In this document: positions 31,345 to 41,507 of the stretch, in pieces
Position numbering within the stretch: position 1 is the stretch's first letter
How the letters are laid out: every line of letters starts with the position of its first letter
Sequence record: LC494302.1
Length of the DNA stretch: 64,000 bases
Strand: one strand, 5' to 3'
Notes under the pieces: model-generated
What the model was told of the DNA's origin: nothing
What the model saw: the letters and a program-made list of their open reading frames with translations, nothing else
Database searches by the model: none
Translations under genes and position numbers: made by a program

Positions 31345-34008
31345 TTATTGACATGCCTCTAAACGACGAGCCATTAACTCAGCACGGCGAGTAGTTTGGC
31401 GATACCAAGCTGAATTACGTATTTGAGCAGCAGCTTGTTTATAATTACCTTTAGCTAATTCAGACAACATAGTTTTAAATTTAAGTACCCCACCTTTACC
31501 CATCTGGAATACCATTTGGCATAGTACTTGTTGAGCCAAATAAGGTGTTTTCATGTTATATGAAGCATAAATTGATTTAGCATCATATATAGCTTTACTA
31601 CTATCACGAACTAACATATCGTTGGCTTGCTGTTCAGTTATTCCATCTGAAAAGTTTTCACCACTAATAATCAAGTGACCATAACCAATAGTTGGATACC
31701 CACGACTATCCAAATAACGCCAGAATTTACCATTACGATAATATCCTTTTGCTTGTTGGTATTGTAATGTACCTTCATATTCTTTTAATTCAGAAATAAA
31801 TTGTGCATCACCTGGAACAACTTTCCAATCGATTGCAGTTTTATCAACATTTCCAATATTATAGGTAGGTTGCTCCACCGGAGTTGTTGAAGCTCCACTT
31901 CTCTGTGTTCTTCTCCTACGAGGCACATGACGAGAACCACGTTGAGAATATCCAGTACCTATCGTTTTGATTTTTGTTGTAACTACCAATTCATCACTAT
32001 CAACTGAAGGTTGTACAACTGCTTTTGGAGCAGATTGATTAGTTGCTTGACCACCAATTAATGTTTTATTCGCCGCATCAGACCCTGTTCCTGTTTGTGA
32101 AGCATAAAATAATCCTGGGTCAACAGAACCACTGAATCCAAGAACATTTGCTGATGTAACACGAATTTCAAACTGTATGACACCATTTGCTTTTCCAACA
32201 ACTTGACCTTTTTGAACAACATCTTTGTTTAATAAATCAGATTGAATATTATAAAAAATAGATTTATATCCAGACTTATGTTGTATTAAAAGAGCACCAT
32301 TAGTAATTACTACCACACCACCATCTGGTGCAACTACATCACCTTTACATTGTATTTCCCAACCTGAACGGTCTGCCTTTCCTCCACTTTGTGTTGGAAC
32401 ACCTTTCCCCCAGTAACCATATTGTCGAATAGTACCGCTACATGGCATTAACATATGTAAACCTTCATATGTAATACTATATCCAGTCATCCCAGGATCA
32501 GATGTCATCAAATCTTGTGATTGAACTTGTTCAGTTTCTGATGTATAGTTAACAAACTGAACAGCTTCAGTGTCTTGTGCTACGGGTAATTCTGGTGATA
32601 CATCATTTGCTGGTTGTGGTTGTACTGGTGATTCACTAGAACCACTTCCACCACCTTGTCTTGGTGGTTCAACATAACTACCATGATTTTCAGCGTTAAC
32701 CCATGCAGCGATATCATGAATGTGTTCATTAAGACCAGCAGATGGTGTTCTAAAGTTTGGTGCAGTAAATTCAGCAGTACCGCTATTACCACCACTATTA
32801 ACTGTTAATGTTTGACCACCACCACTAATAATTGCTGATGATGATCCAATTAGGTTTGCAGATGTTGCGGCAGAAATAGAAGCATTTGAACCAGCCGTAA
32901 TATCAGTACTGCTACCACTTTGCATACGTAATGATGCAGCCGTAACTAAACGAAGGTCTGCCCCAGAATTAACAACAACTTGTCCACCAACTTTTGCATC
33001 AAGAGCACCAATTAGATCTAATTTAGTATTTGCACCAACTCGTGCATTGAAATCTTGTCCGGTTTCAATATTATATGAACGTCCAGCAGTAATATTAATA
33101 TCTTGACCAGCACGAATATTAATATTCTTATCACAGTGCATGTCAATATCACCTTCACCAGTGAATTTTATACGTGCAGTGCCATCACGGTTAATTAAAA
33201 GAACATCACCAGTAGCTTCTGATAAAAGAAGTTGTGCACCACTACGTGTTTTTATTACGACACCTTCATTTTTACGAGAACCAACACGTGTATCGTTTAC
33301 TGGGTTATTAAATTGTGTATCTTGATATCCATCTGGGTCTTGATCCCACGTTGGTGCTGTTAATTCCTCTTCAGTATATCCATCATCAATAATAAAACTA
33401 TTACCACGTGGCGAAGACATACCATATACAGTACTGGTGGTTTGTCGAGTACTACTACGATTCGCCAACCCAGCTTCTTCGTCATATAAAAGGTTTTGCT
33501 TTTTAAGACCTGCGATAATTGGAACGTTAGCATATTTGTCTTGCATATCGGTAGTGATAGTGTTACGATCATAGTCAGTAACAGGAAGTGGCATATCAGT
33601 TCCACCATAATTACTTACTTCAGTTGCCATACCTGGAACCATAGTATTCATACGCTGGTCATATACACAACCAATCCAATATGCTTGGAATGTACGGGCT
33701 TGTGCAAAAATTACAACAACTGTACACCCTACGTCTGGTGGTACTGCCCAAAAACCGTATCCTTTTGGATATTGACCATATGCATCAGCACTTGGAATAC
33801 CTGGTGTTTTACCAGCAAAAGGAGACATGTAAGATGCTTCTATCCATGATTCTTTTGAGTTTTTATCACTTTGAGAACCTTGTATCCAAACTTTCAGTTT
33901 TCCTGATTTAGTTGGATCTCTGTTATCCATAACAGTTGCTAACTGCGGATAAGATGGGTCAAAACGACCCAACTGCTGTTGTGCATACTTTTTACTTGTA
34001 TCTGCCAT
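31345..34008 (-). CDS. Baseplate central spike (gp5-like): OB fold, beta-helix, degenerate M23-like domain, C-terminal lysozyme
   Basis: ATVMDNRDPTKSGKLKVWI OB-fold start; short periodic beta repeats (NINIRAGQDINITAGRSYN); C-terminal EYEG...YLDSRGYPTIGYGHL. Confidence 0.85.
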   Translation of the reverse strand: MADTSKKYAQQQLGRFDPSYPQLATVMDNRDPTKSGKLKVWIQGSQSDKNSKESWIEASYMSPFAGKTPGIPSADAYGQYPKGYGFWAVPPDVGCTVVVIFAQARTFQAYWIGCVYDQRMNTMVPGMATEVSNYGGTDMPLPVTDYDRNTITTDMQDKYANVPIIAGLKKQNLLYDEEAGLANRSSTRQTTSTVYGMSSPRGNSFIIDDGYTEEELTAPTWDQDPDGYQDTQFNNPVNDTRVGSRKNEGVVIKTRSGAQLLLSEATGDVLLINRDGTARIKFTGEGDIDMHCDKNINIRAGQDINITAGRSYNIETGQDFNARVGANTKLDLIGALDAKVGGQVVVNSGADLRLVTAASLRMQSGSSTDITAGSNASISAATSANLIGSSSAIISGGGQTLTVNSGGNSGTAEFTAPNFRTPSAGLNEHIHDIAAWVNAENHGSYVEPPRQGGGSGSSESPVQPQPANDVSPELPVAQDTEAVQFVNYTSETEQVQSQDLMTSDPGMTGYSITYEGLHMLMPCSGTIRQYGYWGKGVPTQSGGKADRSGWEIQCKGDVVAPDGGVVVITNGALLIQHKSGYKSIFYNIQSDLLNKDVVQKGQVVGKANGVIQFEIRVTSANVLGFSGSVDPGLFYASQTGTGSDAANKTLIGGQATNQSAPKAVVQPSVDSDELVVTTKIKTIGTGYSQRGSRHVPRRRRTQRSGASTTPVEQPTYNIGNVDKTAIDWKVVPGDAQFISELKEYEGTLQYQQAKGYYRNGKFWRYLDSRGYPTIGYGHLIISGENFSDGITEQQANDMLVRDSSKAIYDAKSIYASYNMKTPYLAQQVLCQMVFQMGKGGVLKFKTMLSELAKGNYKQAAAQIRNSAWYRQTTRRAELMARRLEACQ

Positions 34009-34021
34009 AATATTTTATTCC

Positions 34022-36271
34022 TTAATCAACTATACTATCGTGACGTTTGAGTGCACGAATTACAATTGCAGCTTGAATTTGTTGTGTAAAAGAACCACCT
34101 GCACCAAAATCATGAACAATTTTATTAACACGATAAATTGTTTGGTTAAATGTGGTTGGTGTATTAATATCCAAAACACCAGTGTTATCATTTATTGATA
34201 TTACTGGTTGTAATTTTAGTAATAGATACGCTTCAGATGTTATATAATTTGCTACATGATAATCATCTGGGTTAATTTCCATATCTTCACCATTAATTAC
34301 TTGTTCTAGATATTGTAAGTAAGAGTAATCACTCCACCCTAACCAGTACGGGTCGCCTACTACACGCATATCGAGTTTACACAAAAAAGGTCTATTGTAA
34401 TAGTTGTCACGTATTTTACGTCTATCCATTTCATATGTGCTGCTGTTATCGTTTAACGAAGCGGATAAAGTTGTTTCATTGTTAGTTGCTTCGGTTGGCA
34501 TTGTGAACACTTCACCATAACGGTGACCAACACCATCAGTGCCACCATCGTTTTCTTCATAAGTGGTTACATAATCTTCAATATATTGAGGTAAAACATT
34601 GACTTGATAGTTATTATAACGGTCTTGTTCTTCTGCGTTACCAACCTGCATTTGATTTTTTGCTAAAGTTTCAACTTCAGTTAACAATTGTTGTTGGGCT
34701 TGTGTTAACATCCCTCCTAAATCACGAGTTACACGTAAATCACTTGTTTTTGCCCATGCGTCTGGTATACTATTGTATTGTACACCTTGAATATTGAGTT
34801 CTTGGGATGTATGTGTACCTGCATGGTTCGCTACATCTTGTATCGGACCAGGGTTACGTGTAGTGGCTACGAAAAATTGCTGATCAAATTTCAAATCCAA
34901 ATCAAGTATCTCACTATTAAGTCCACTAAATTGATAATTATAAGTTTTCATGTTTATTTTTGGTTTTTGATCATTAGGATCTACGTATTTTTCTGCGTTC
35001 TCAAAAAAGTACTCAAATGTGAAATTTTCAGGTTGTAAATCCGATTCATGAACAATATCACCTATTTTAAATCTAACAATATAAAAAATTACTTTATAAA
35101 CAGAAGTATTACGATAATTATCAAAACCAACGTATTGTTTAACTGGTATAATGTTTACAAATTGACGCACACTAGTACTATCATCGGCTTGTACAGTACA
35201 TGTATCAATAACGTCATCAATAATTCGAGATATAGGAGTACTTGGGTTCCATGAAAAGTTTTTAGAACCTTGTGCACCACTTTTAGTTGTTCCGGCCTCT
35301 GCCATTTGTTTAGAATCATAGTTTATAAACAAATCTTGCAAATCTGGTGCTACTTTAAATTCGAAAAATTTACCTTCGGATAATTCACCAAATTTATATC
35401 TAAGATAACCATATTGTTGGTCAGCCATCTGATTTAATTTATCTTCTAAATCAAAACAGAAGTCACCAAAGTTTTCAGCAGTACAATTGAATGGTTCTTT
35501 TAAGGTCCATTCAATGTTATCAACTAAAGCTGCTCTATTATGAACTAAGTTCATAGTATACATCATAGTACTACCACTTTGTGAAGCACTTGCAGTAACA
35601 CTATTAATTTTAACTGACCAGCGTCTTGTTGTTTCTGGGATAATTTCAGGTATTCCATTTTTATTAAAGCCAATAAACTTTAATTCCAAGATCAATGGCA
35701 AGTCCATAAATTTATGATATCTAAGTTTGTTACTTAACGAAATTAATTCATCATATAGACTCATACTATTATTTTCAGACATATTAAGTACTGCTGTATT
35801 AAAACAATAGTTTGTTGTCATTCCTGGTGTTGAAGGTCCAGCTTGTGTCATTTGTACACTAGTGATATTATATTTGCCAGTAACACCACTTTCTGATATC
35901 ACATGTCGTTGCACTTCTGCATCTGGGTAAAGCCAAAAGTTTTTAAAATCATCTTTATCTAAGGCAAATAAACAAAAGTGCCAAGTTGGGTTATCATATT
36001 TCAATAATTTATTGTCATACGGTATTACAAACTGACTTAAATCGAGATCTTCATAAACTTGATCAACACTAGCACTTTGTTTTGGTAATGATACTACATT
36101 ACTTACATTTGCTTTGTAATTATTTTTTGTAATAGTTTTTACATCATTTTGTAATGTATTTGCTGTAGCTTTCAAACTATCAAGTGCATTAGATGTGGTG
36201 GTTTTAGCCTTACCAGTAATACTTGTAATATCATTTTGAAAATTATCAACTGTACTTCGTAAATCTGCCAT
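34022..36271 (-). CDS. Putative baseplate hub protein (gp27-like position)
   Basis: 749 aa between gp53 and gp5; C-terminal MRVVGDPYWL. Function inferred from position. Confidence 0.55.
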   Translation of the reverse strand: MADLRSTVDNFQNDITSITGKAKTTTSNALDSLKATANTLQNDVKTITKNNYKANVSNVVSLPKQSASVDQVYEDLDLSQFVIPYDNKLLKYDNPTWHFCLFALDKDDFKNFWLYPDAEVQRHVISESGVTGKYNITSVQMTQAGPSTPGMTTNYCFNTAVLNMSENNSMSLYDELISLSNKLRYHKFMDLPLILELKFIGFNKNGIPEIIPETTRRWSVKINSVTASASQSGSTMMYTMNLVHNRAALVDNIEWTLKEPFNCTAENFGDFCFDLEDKLNQMADQQYGYLRYKFGELSEGKFFEFKVAPDLQDLFINYDSKQMAEAGTTKSGAQGSKNFSWNPSTPISRIIDDVIDTCTVQADDSTSVRQFVNIIPVKQYVGFDNYRNTSVYKVIFYIVRFKIGDIVHESDLQPENFTFEYFFENAEKYVDPNDQKPKINMKTYNYQFSGLNSEILDLDLKFDQQFFVATTRNPGPIQDVANHAGTHTSQELNIQGVQYNSIPDAWAKTSDLRVTRDLGGMLTQAQQQLLTEVETLAKNQMQVGNAEEQDRYNNYQVNVLPQYIEDYVTTYEENDGGTDGVGHRYGEVFTMPTEATNNETTLSASLNDNSSTYEMDRRKIRDNYYNRPFLCKLDMRVVGDPYWLGWSDYSYLQYLEQVINGEDMEINPDDYHVANYITSEAYLLLKLQPVISINDNTGVLDINTPTTFNQTIYRVNKIVHDFGAGGSFTQQIQAAIVIRALKRHDSIVD

Positions 36272-36282
36272 ACGTTACTCCA

Positions 36283-36597
36283 TTAGCCTATGTTTCGAGT
36301 ACCATTAAGATAATTCTGTACTCTTTGATTTGCTGGTATTCTAATTGTTACTCCACTTTTAAAATTATATATAGGATCTTCTCCTAGTATGTCTGGATTT
36401 AACAATGCGAAAATATAATATAAGCGTTCATTACCATACATTTCGTATGCTAAACGCCAAGGTTGATATTCATATTTCAATGGGATCTCATAAAAATCAT
36501 CAGTATCAGCCGGAACAATATCACGTGGTAAAGTATACCCAAGATACCATGTTTGTTTCACCTTAGCGTAAGGTGAGTATTGACTATAGTTGGACAT
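36283..36597 (-). CDS. Baseplate wedge gp53-like (LysM-like) protein
   Basis: YEYQPWRLAYEMYGNERLYYIFALLNP. Confidence 0.8.
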   Translation of the reverse strand: MSNYSQYSPYAKVKQTWYLGYTLPRDIVPADTDDFYEIPLKYEYQPWRLAYEMYGNERLYYIFALLNPDILGEDPIYNFKSGVTIRIPANQRVQNYLNGTRNIG

Positions 36598-37328
36598 TAA
36601 ATGAATCCTCCTTTACGTAATAGTTCACCACGTTTGAATGCATTGAGGTTGAACGTTTTAGTCATATAATCCGATGTTGGTTGTTCTTCAAGTTGTAACA
36701 TAACTGAGATTTTTTGTGGAACCCAAACTTCATCTTGTGGGTTCATATATCCAGTACTTCTAAGTTGTTCGAAGAATTTTCTACTATCCATGTCGGATAA
36801 ATTAAAAGTACTATCGCTACTATTCAACGGAACTTGAATATAAGAAACATCATTTGGGTAAGTAAAATTATAAGATTTTAAAATAACAGGAATATCATTA
36901 TATGTATAACGACCATATCCACTTAGAAGTAAGATTGGTGGTGGTGCACCTGCAATTGCGAGTTCGGGGTTATTAGCCGATGCAGCTTGTCTACCAAAAT
37001 CCATCAACGAAACAGAACGTATAAAATGAACACATGCCAACGCATACATAGCTTCTGCTGCTGTATTCGCATAAAATTCACCCTGAATCGTGAAAACTGT
37101 ATTAGTAGTGTTCTTATAGTTGTTATAGTTACTGTTAGTATGTATAGGGGACTGTGTTTCATACTGAATTGACCTTTGTTCAGTAATTGTTGGTGTTACA
37201 GTCCAAACCAACCCATTAGTTGGACGCAGAAACGAAAGTAGAGTTGGTTCGGAGCTATCTCCAAAATCACCATATACATAGTTAGCACCTGCGGCTTTAG
37301 GTCGTAATCGAATTCTACGATCAATCAT
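36597..37328 (-). CDS. Baseplate-tail tube initiator (gp48/gp54-like)
   Basis: Tube-fold-like segments (TPTITEQRSIQY, PPPILLLSGYGRY..DIPVILKSY.FTYP.DV.Y). Start moved to MIDRR at 37328, which has a GGAG RBS. Confidence 0.6.
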   Translation of the reverse strand: MIDRRIRLRPKAAGANYVYGDFGDSSEPTLLSFLRPTNGLVWTVTPTITEQRSIQYETQSPIHTNSNYNNYKNTTNTVFTIQGEFYANTAAEAMYALACVHFIRSVSLMDFGRQAASANNPELAIAGAPPPILLLSGYGRYTYNDIPVILKSYNFTYPNDVSYIQVPLNSSDSTFNLSDMDSRKFFEQLRSTGYMNPQDEVWVPQKISVMLQLEEQPTSDYMTKTFNLNAFKRGELLRKGGFI

Positions 37329-37363
37329 CTTTTTGATTCTCCATAATAAGGGAACATTTGATG

Positions 37364-37371
37364 TATTTATA
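37364..37371 (-). promoter_or_regulatory. Late promoter TATAAATA for the baseplate operon
   Basis: Exact consensus on the minus strand. Confidence 0.8.
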
Positions 37372-37374
37372 CGT

Positions 37375-37402
37375 GGGACAAACTGCTTTTTGGTGCTATA
37401 AT
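37375..37402 (+). promoter_or_regulatory. Promoter GGGACA-N16-TATAAT with extended -10 (gp55-47-46 operon)
   Basis: gggaca aactgctttttggTGc TATAAT. Confidence 0.75.
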
Positions 37403-37459
37403 AACATTGATGGTACAAGGATTGTACCTATTGGATTTAAACATGGAGAGTAAAATACA

Positions 37460-38299
37460 ATGACAAATAGACCAAAGCGTAAAAAGTATCTCAATAATGC
37501 TGATTTACTTCGTGAAATACAAAAAAGTAAAATTTCATATTGCTGGTTATTAGACAAATCATATAGTATGTATGATTATATTGTTTTTCATGAGTCAGAA
37601 ATTACTGCTGAGTTACTAGAAAAAGCTAAGGCAGCACGAATTAAACGACTGAACAATGAAATGCTTGATAGTATTCGTGAAAAGGAAAATATGAGTGCTA
37701 AAAAAGCTAAAGAATATGCAGATGAACACAATTTAGTTATCACTGACGTTCCAATTGATGAAGTTGTTATTCGTGTTATTACAGATGAACATATTCCACC
37801 AGATACTAGAGTTAACTTTGAACCATTCAAGCATTATATTGTAGATAATGAAGGTATTCTCTATGAAGTTTGTCGTTCTCACTGGAAAGGCGACCTTGAA
37901 ACTGGTGAATTCAGTACTGTTCATGGTAAAATTACAAATGAACTTGGGAAGATGTTCATTAAACTTGCAGAGGAAATCTCACACAAATCTAATTACAGAA
38001 ACTATACATACTTAGATGAAATGATGGGTGATGCAAGAATACAATTAGTTAAAAACGCACTTCTCTTTAAAGAGAGCATTCTTTATAAAAAAGATAAACC
38101 AGCAGTTCAGCTAAATCCTTTCTCTTACTATACATCATTCGTAAACAATAGTTTTCGTTCTATATTGAATAGTGAGAAAAATGTTCGAAATATACGTGAT
38201 GATTTACTTGAAATGCATGGCTTTACGCCATCACATACACGTCAAATTGAAATTGAATTGAACATGATTGAAAGGAAAAATGAAGATGGCTCTGTTTGA
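37460..38299 (+). CDS. Late-transcription sigma factor (T4 gp55-like) with insertion
   Basis: YLNNADLLREI...LAEEISHKSNYRNYTYLDEMMGDA...NPFSYYTSFVNNSF aligns with gp55, and it lies directly upstream of gp47/gp46 as in T4-like phages. Confidence 0.85.
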   Translation: MTNRPKRKKYLNNADLLREIQKSKISYCWLLDKSYSMYDYIVFHESEITAELLEKAKAARIKRLNNEMLDSIREKENMSAKKAKEYADEHNLVITDVPIDEVVIRVITDEHIPPDTRVNFEPFKHYIVDNEGILYEVCRSHWKGDLETGEFSTVHGKITNELGKMFIKLAEEISHKSNYRNYTYLDEMMGDARIQLVKNALLFKESILYKKDKPAVQLNPFSYYTSFVNNSFRSILNSEKNVRNIRDDLLEMHGFTPSHTRQIEIELNMIERKNEDGSV

Positions 38300-39317
38300 T
38301 AAAGCAATTACATTCACTGATATTCATTTAGGTTTAAAGAATAACAGCAAGCAACACAATGAAGATTGTTTAAACTTCATTAAATTCATGATTGAGGTAG
38401 CTAAAAAAAATAATATCAAAGTTTGTGTTTTTATGGGAGATTATTTTCATAATAGAAGTAATATCAATATCCAAACACTAAACTATGGTTTACAAATTCT
38501 TCAATTATTAAATGATAATTTTGAAAAAGTATATTTTTTAGTAGGCAACCATGATATGTATCATAAAAACAAACGTGATATAACAAGTATCAATATGGCT
38601 CAAGTTTATGAAAATATAGAATTCATTAATGAAATTACAACATTTGATGATTGTACTTTCATTCCATTTATGATTGAAGATGAATATAAGTTGTTACCTC
38701 AACTAAAAAGTAAGTATGTTTTTGGTCACTTAGAGTTACCAGGTTACTTGCTTAACAAGATGGTAGAAATGCCTGATCATGGTAAAGAAACAGAAGGTTC
38801 TTTTGGTGGTTGTGAGTATGTTTTTAGTGGACATTTTCATAAAAGGCAGTCAAAAACAACTTCAAAAGGAACTCGTGTAGTTTATACTGGTAATTGTTTT
38901 CCACATAATTTTTCCGATACATGGGATGATGCAAGAGGTGTGATGATTCTTGAACATGGAAAAGAACCTATTTTCAAGTCATGGGATAATGCACCAAAAT
39001 ATAGAACATTCACACTTTCTGAATTGTTGACTGATCCAAGCTATTATCTACAAGATAACACAATATCAAAAGTTCAAGTTGATATATCAATAACAACAGA
39101 TGAGATTAGTTTTATTCGTGATACATTTACTAAACTTTACAACATTAGAGAGTTTAATGTTGTAACGAGCAAGCAAAGTATCGCAGAATTAATTGAAGAT
39201 GGTGTTAGTTTTGAAAGTACTGAATCAGTTGATGAGATTGTGTTGCAGCAAATTATGGAAATTGACTCACCCATGTTTGATAAAAATCTTCTAATCCAAA
39301 TTTACAGATCGTTATAA
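38286..39317 (+). CDS. Recombination nuclease, Mre11/SbcD-like (gp47)
   Basis: Phosphoesterase motifs FTDIHLG, GDYFH, GNHD, FGHLE, SGHFH. Confidence 0.92.
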   Translation: MALFDKAITFTDIHLGLKNNSKQHNEDCLNFIKFMIEVAKKNNIKVCVFMGDYFHNRSNINIQTLNYGLQILQLLNDNFEKVYFLVGNHDMYHKNKRDITSINMAQVYENIEFINEITTFDDCTFIPFMIEDEYKLLPQLKSKYVFGHLELPGYLLNKMVEMPDHGKETEGSFGGCEYVFSGHFHKRQSKTTSKGTRVVYTGNCFPHNFSDTWDDARGVMILEHGKEPIFKSWDNAPKYRTFTLSELLTDPSYYLQDNTISKVQVDISITTDEISFIRDTFTKLYNIREFNVVTSKQSIAELIEDGVSFESTESVDEIVLQQIMEIDSPMFDKNLLIQIYRSL

Positions 39318-39325
39318 GGGACTAT

Positions 39326-41473
39326 ATGCTAAACATTACACGTATATCTATGAGGAACTTCTTTTCATTTGGTAATGCACCACAATCAATTGAATTGAAT
39401 GGTTCTGACATTTCATTAGTACTGGGTCAAAATAATGATGCAGTTATTGAAGGTGGTGACAGCACCGGACGTCGAAATGGTGTCGGGAAAAGTGCTATTA
39501 TTCAAGGATTAGTTTTTGGATTATTTGGGAAAAGTATTGGTAATGATATTAAAATTCCTAACTTAGTCAATAAAACTAATGGTAAAAATTGTGAAGTAGT
39601 TGTAGAATTTGAAAAAGATGGTGTACAATATCTTGTTGAGCGTGGGAGAAGTCCCACGTATTTCAATTTTGTTACTTTAGGCAAAGATAATAAAATTGAA
39701 GATGAATCAAGGGGAGAAAAGAAAGACACACAAGAAGATTTGAATGAAATTCTTGGTATATCTCAATTATTATTTGAACATATTGTAGTACTGAATGCTA
39801 ACGTTGAACCTTTCTTAGCTTTATCCACACAAAAACAACGTGATATGATAGAAGAACTTCTTGGAATAACACAGTTGACGGAAAAAGCTGAAATGCTAAA
39901 GGAGATGTATAAGGATACTAAACGTTTAGCCGAACAAGAAAAGTTCAAAAATGAAACTGTAGCTGCAAGTAATGAACGTATTCAAAAAAGTATTGAGACA
40001 CTACAAGAACAGGCAAACCAGTTTGAAATTGATAAAAATAATAGAGTATCTAAGTTAAATGAAGAGTTGAATATATATAAAACTTTAGACTTTAATGACC
40101 TCTATGAAGCTGCTGATATAAAAGAGAAAGCTCTTATTCATAACGCAAAGCGTGGGGAAATCGAACGCCGTGTACAAGAGTTGGCGTTAAAATTTGATGC
40201 ATATGACCGTGAACTTGAAAGATCTAAAAGAGCATTAAATCTAAGCATTGATAAGCTAAAAACTATTGATATTAGTGCAGAATTGGAAAATCATAATGAG
40301 TTGGAGATATGGAAACAGTTAGAGGGTATTCTAAAAGAGAATAATAACCAAAAACGTTTCAAAGAACAAAAACTAAACTCACTAAAAATAGCTTTAAAAG
40401 GATATGAATGTTCAATTAATGCTGAAATTGACAAATTATCAACAGTTGAAAACAGCAAATGTCCACTTTGTATGTCTGAATTAGAACATAACGAACATAC
40501 TTCTTCAATTAAAGACAAAATCCAAAGTACTATTAATGATCTTCAAGCTAAAATTGATAGTTCTTCTTCTGAAATTGAAACATTACTTCAAGAAATTGAT
40601 AGTATTGAGATTTTTGATATGCCACCTAAGCCTGTGACATATTATAATACACTTTCAGAAGCACAAATGCATGAACATAAGCTTCAAGAATTGGTCAGAA
40701 AGAGTGAAGAAGAACAAATAAACATCTATGCAAATGAACTTATGTCATCATATGATGAACTTAACTCATATGAACTAATGGAAGTTCCAGATACATTAAA
40801 CAAATATGAAGTTAAAGAGTTAGAAATGACTGTAAATTCATTATCACAGCAATTAGATCGTGAATTGAAGACTACTAACACATTTATTAGCCAAATTAAT
40901 ACCCTGAAGACTGATTCTTTAGTACCAATCGATTATAGCGACTATAATAATCTTGATAAAATGTCAAATCACCAAGATTTCTTGGTTAAATTACTTTTAA
41001 ACAAGGATTCTTATGTCCGTAAACGTATTATTGAGCAAAATATCTCATATTTGAATACACGACTTCAGTACTATATCGATATGTGCGGTTCTGAGCATAA
41101 TGTTGTGTTTTTGAATGATTTGAGTGTTGAAATTGAGAAGAGTGGACAGTACTTTGACTATAAACAGCTTAGTAGAGGTGAGCGTACAAGGGTAAACATC
41201 GCATTATCTTGTGCTTTCCGTGATACATATGAGTCATTATACCAAAGTATTAATATTCTTATCATTGATGAGATGATTGACCAAGGTCTTGACTCAAGTG
41301 GTGTTCTACGTGTGTGGTCTATCTTCCAAGATATGGCTGCTGTACGTGGTAAGAACGTTTATGCTATTTCCCACAGAGAAGAGTTACTATCTAAGACTGA
41401 AAAAATCCTCAAAGTTGTTAAAGAGGACGGTTTCAGTACTGTTGAATATGCAACCCTTGACGATGTTTTCTAA
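39326..41473 (+). CDS. Recombination ATPase, Rad50/SbcC-like (gp46)
   Basis: NGVGKS P-loop, coiled coils, CPLC zinc hook, LSRGE signature, LIIDE Walker B. Confidence 0.92.
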   Translation: MLNITRISMRNFFSFGNAPQSIELNGSDISLVLGQNNDAVIEGGDSTGRRNGVGKSAIIQGLVFGLFGKSIGNDIKIPNLVNKTNGKNCEVVVEFEKDGVQYLVERGRSPTYFNFVTLGKDNKIEDESRGEKKDTQEDLNEILGISQLLFEHIVVLNANVEPFLALSTQKQRDMIEELLGITQLTEKAEMLKEMYKDTKRLAEQEKFKNETVAASNERIQKSIETLQEQANQFEIDKNNRVSKLNEELNIYKTLDFNDLYEAADIKEKALIHNAKRGEIERRVQELALKFDAYDRELERSKRALNLSIDKLKTIDISAELENHNELEIWKQLEGILKENNNQKRFKEQKLNSLKIALKGYECSINAEIDKLSTVENSKCPLCMSELEHNEHTSSIKDKIQSTINDLQAKIDSSSSEIETLLQEIDSIEIFDMPPKPVTYYNTLSEAQMHEHKLQELVRKSEEEQINIYANELMSSYDELNSYELMEVPDTLNKYEVKELEMTVNSLSQQLDRELKTTNTFISQINTLKTDSLVPIDYSDYNNLDKMSNHQDFLVKLLLNKDSYVRKRIIEQNISYLNTRLQYYIDMCGSEHNVVFLNDLSVEIEKSGQYFDYKQLSRGERTRVNIALSCAFRDTYESLYQSINILIIDEMIDQGLDSSGVLRVWSIFQDMAAVRGKNVYAISHREELLSKTEKILKVVKEDGFSTVEYATLDDVF

Positions 41474-41481
41474 TTAAAGAT

Positions 41482-41507
41482 AAAGGGAGCCTTAGCTCCC
41501 TTTTTTT
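41482..41507. terminator. Bidirectional intrinsic terminator
   Basis: aaagggagc-ctta-gctccctttttt, overlapping the endonuclease VII stop. Confidence 0.85.

Noticed and set aside
39326-39500. Apparently broken Walker A in gp46 (GQNNDAVIEGGDSTGRRNGVGKS) and LSRGE instead of LSGGE
   Set aside because: Core NGxGKS, signature and Walker B are retained; most simply read as family variation, not pseudogenisation.
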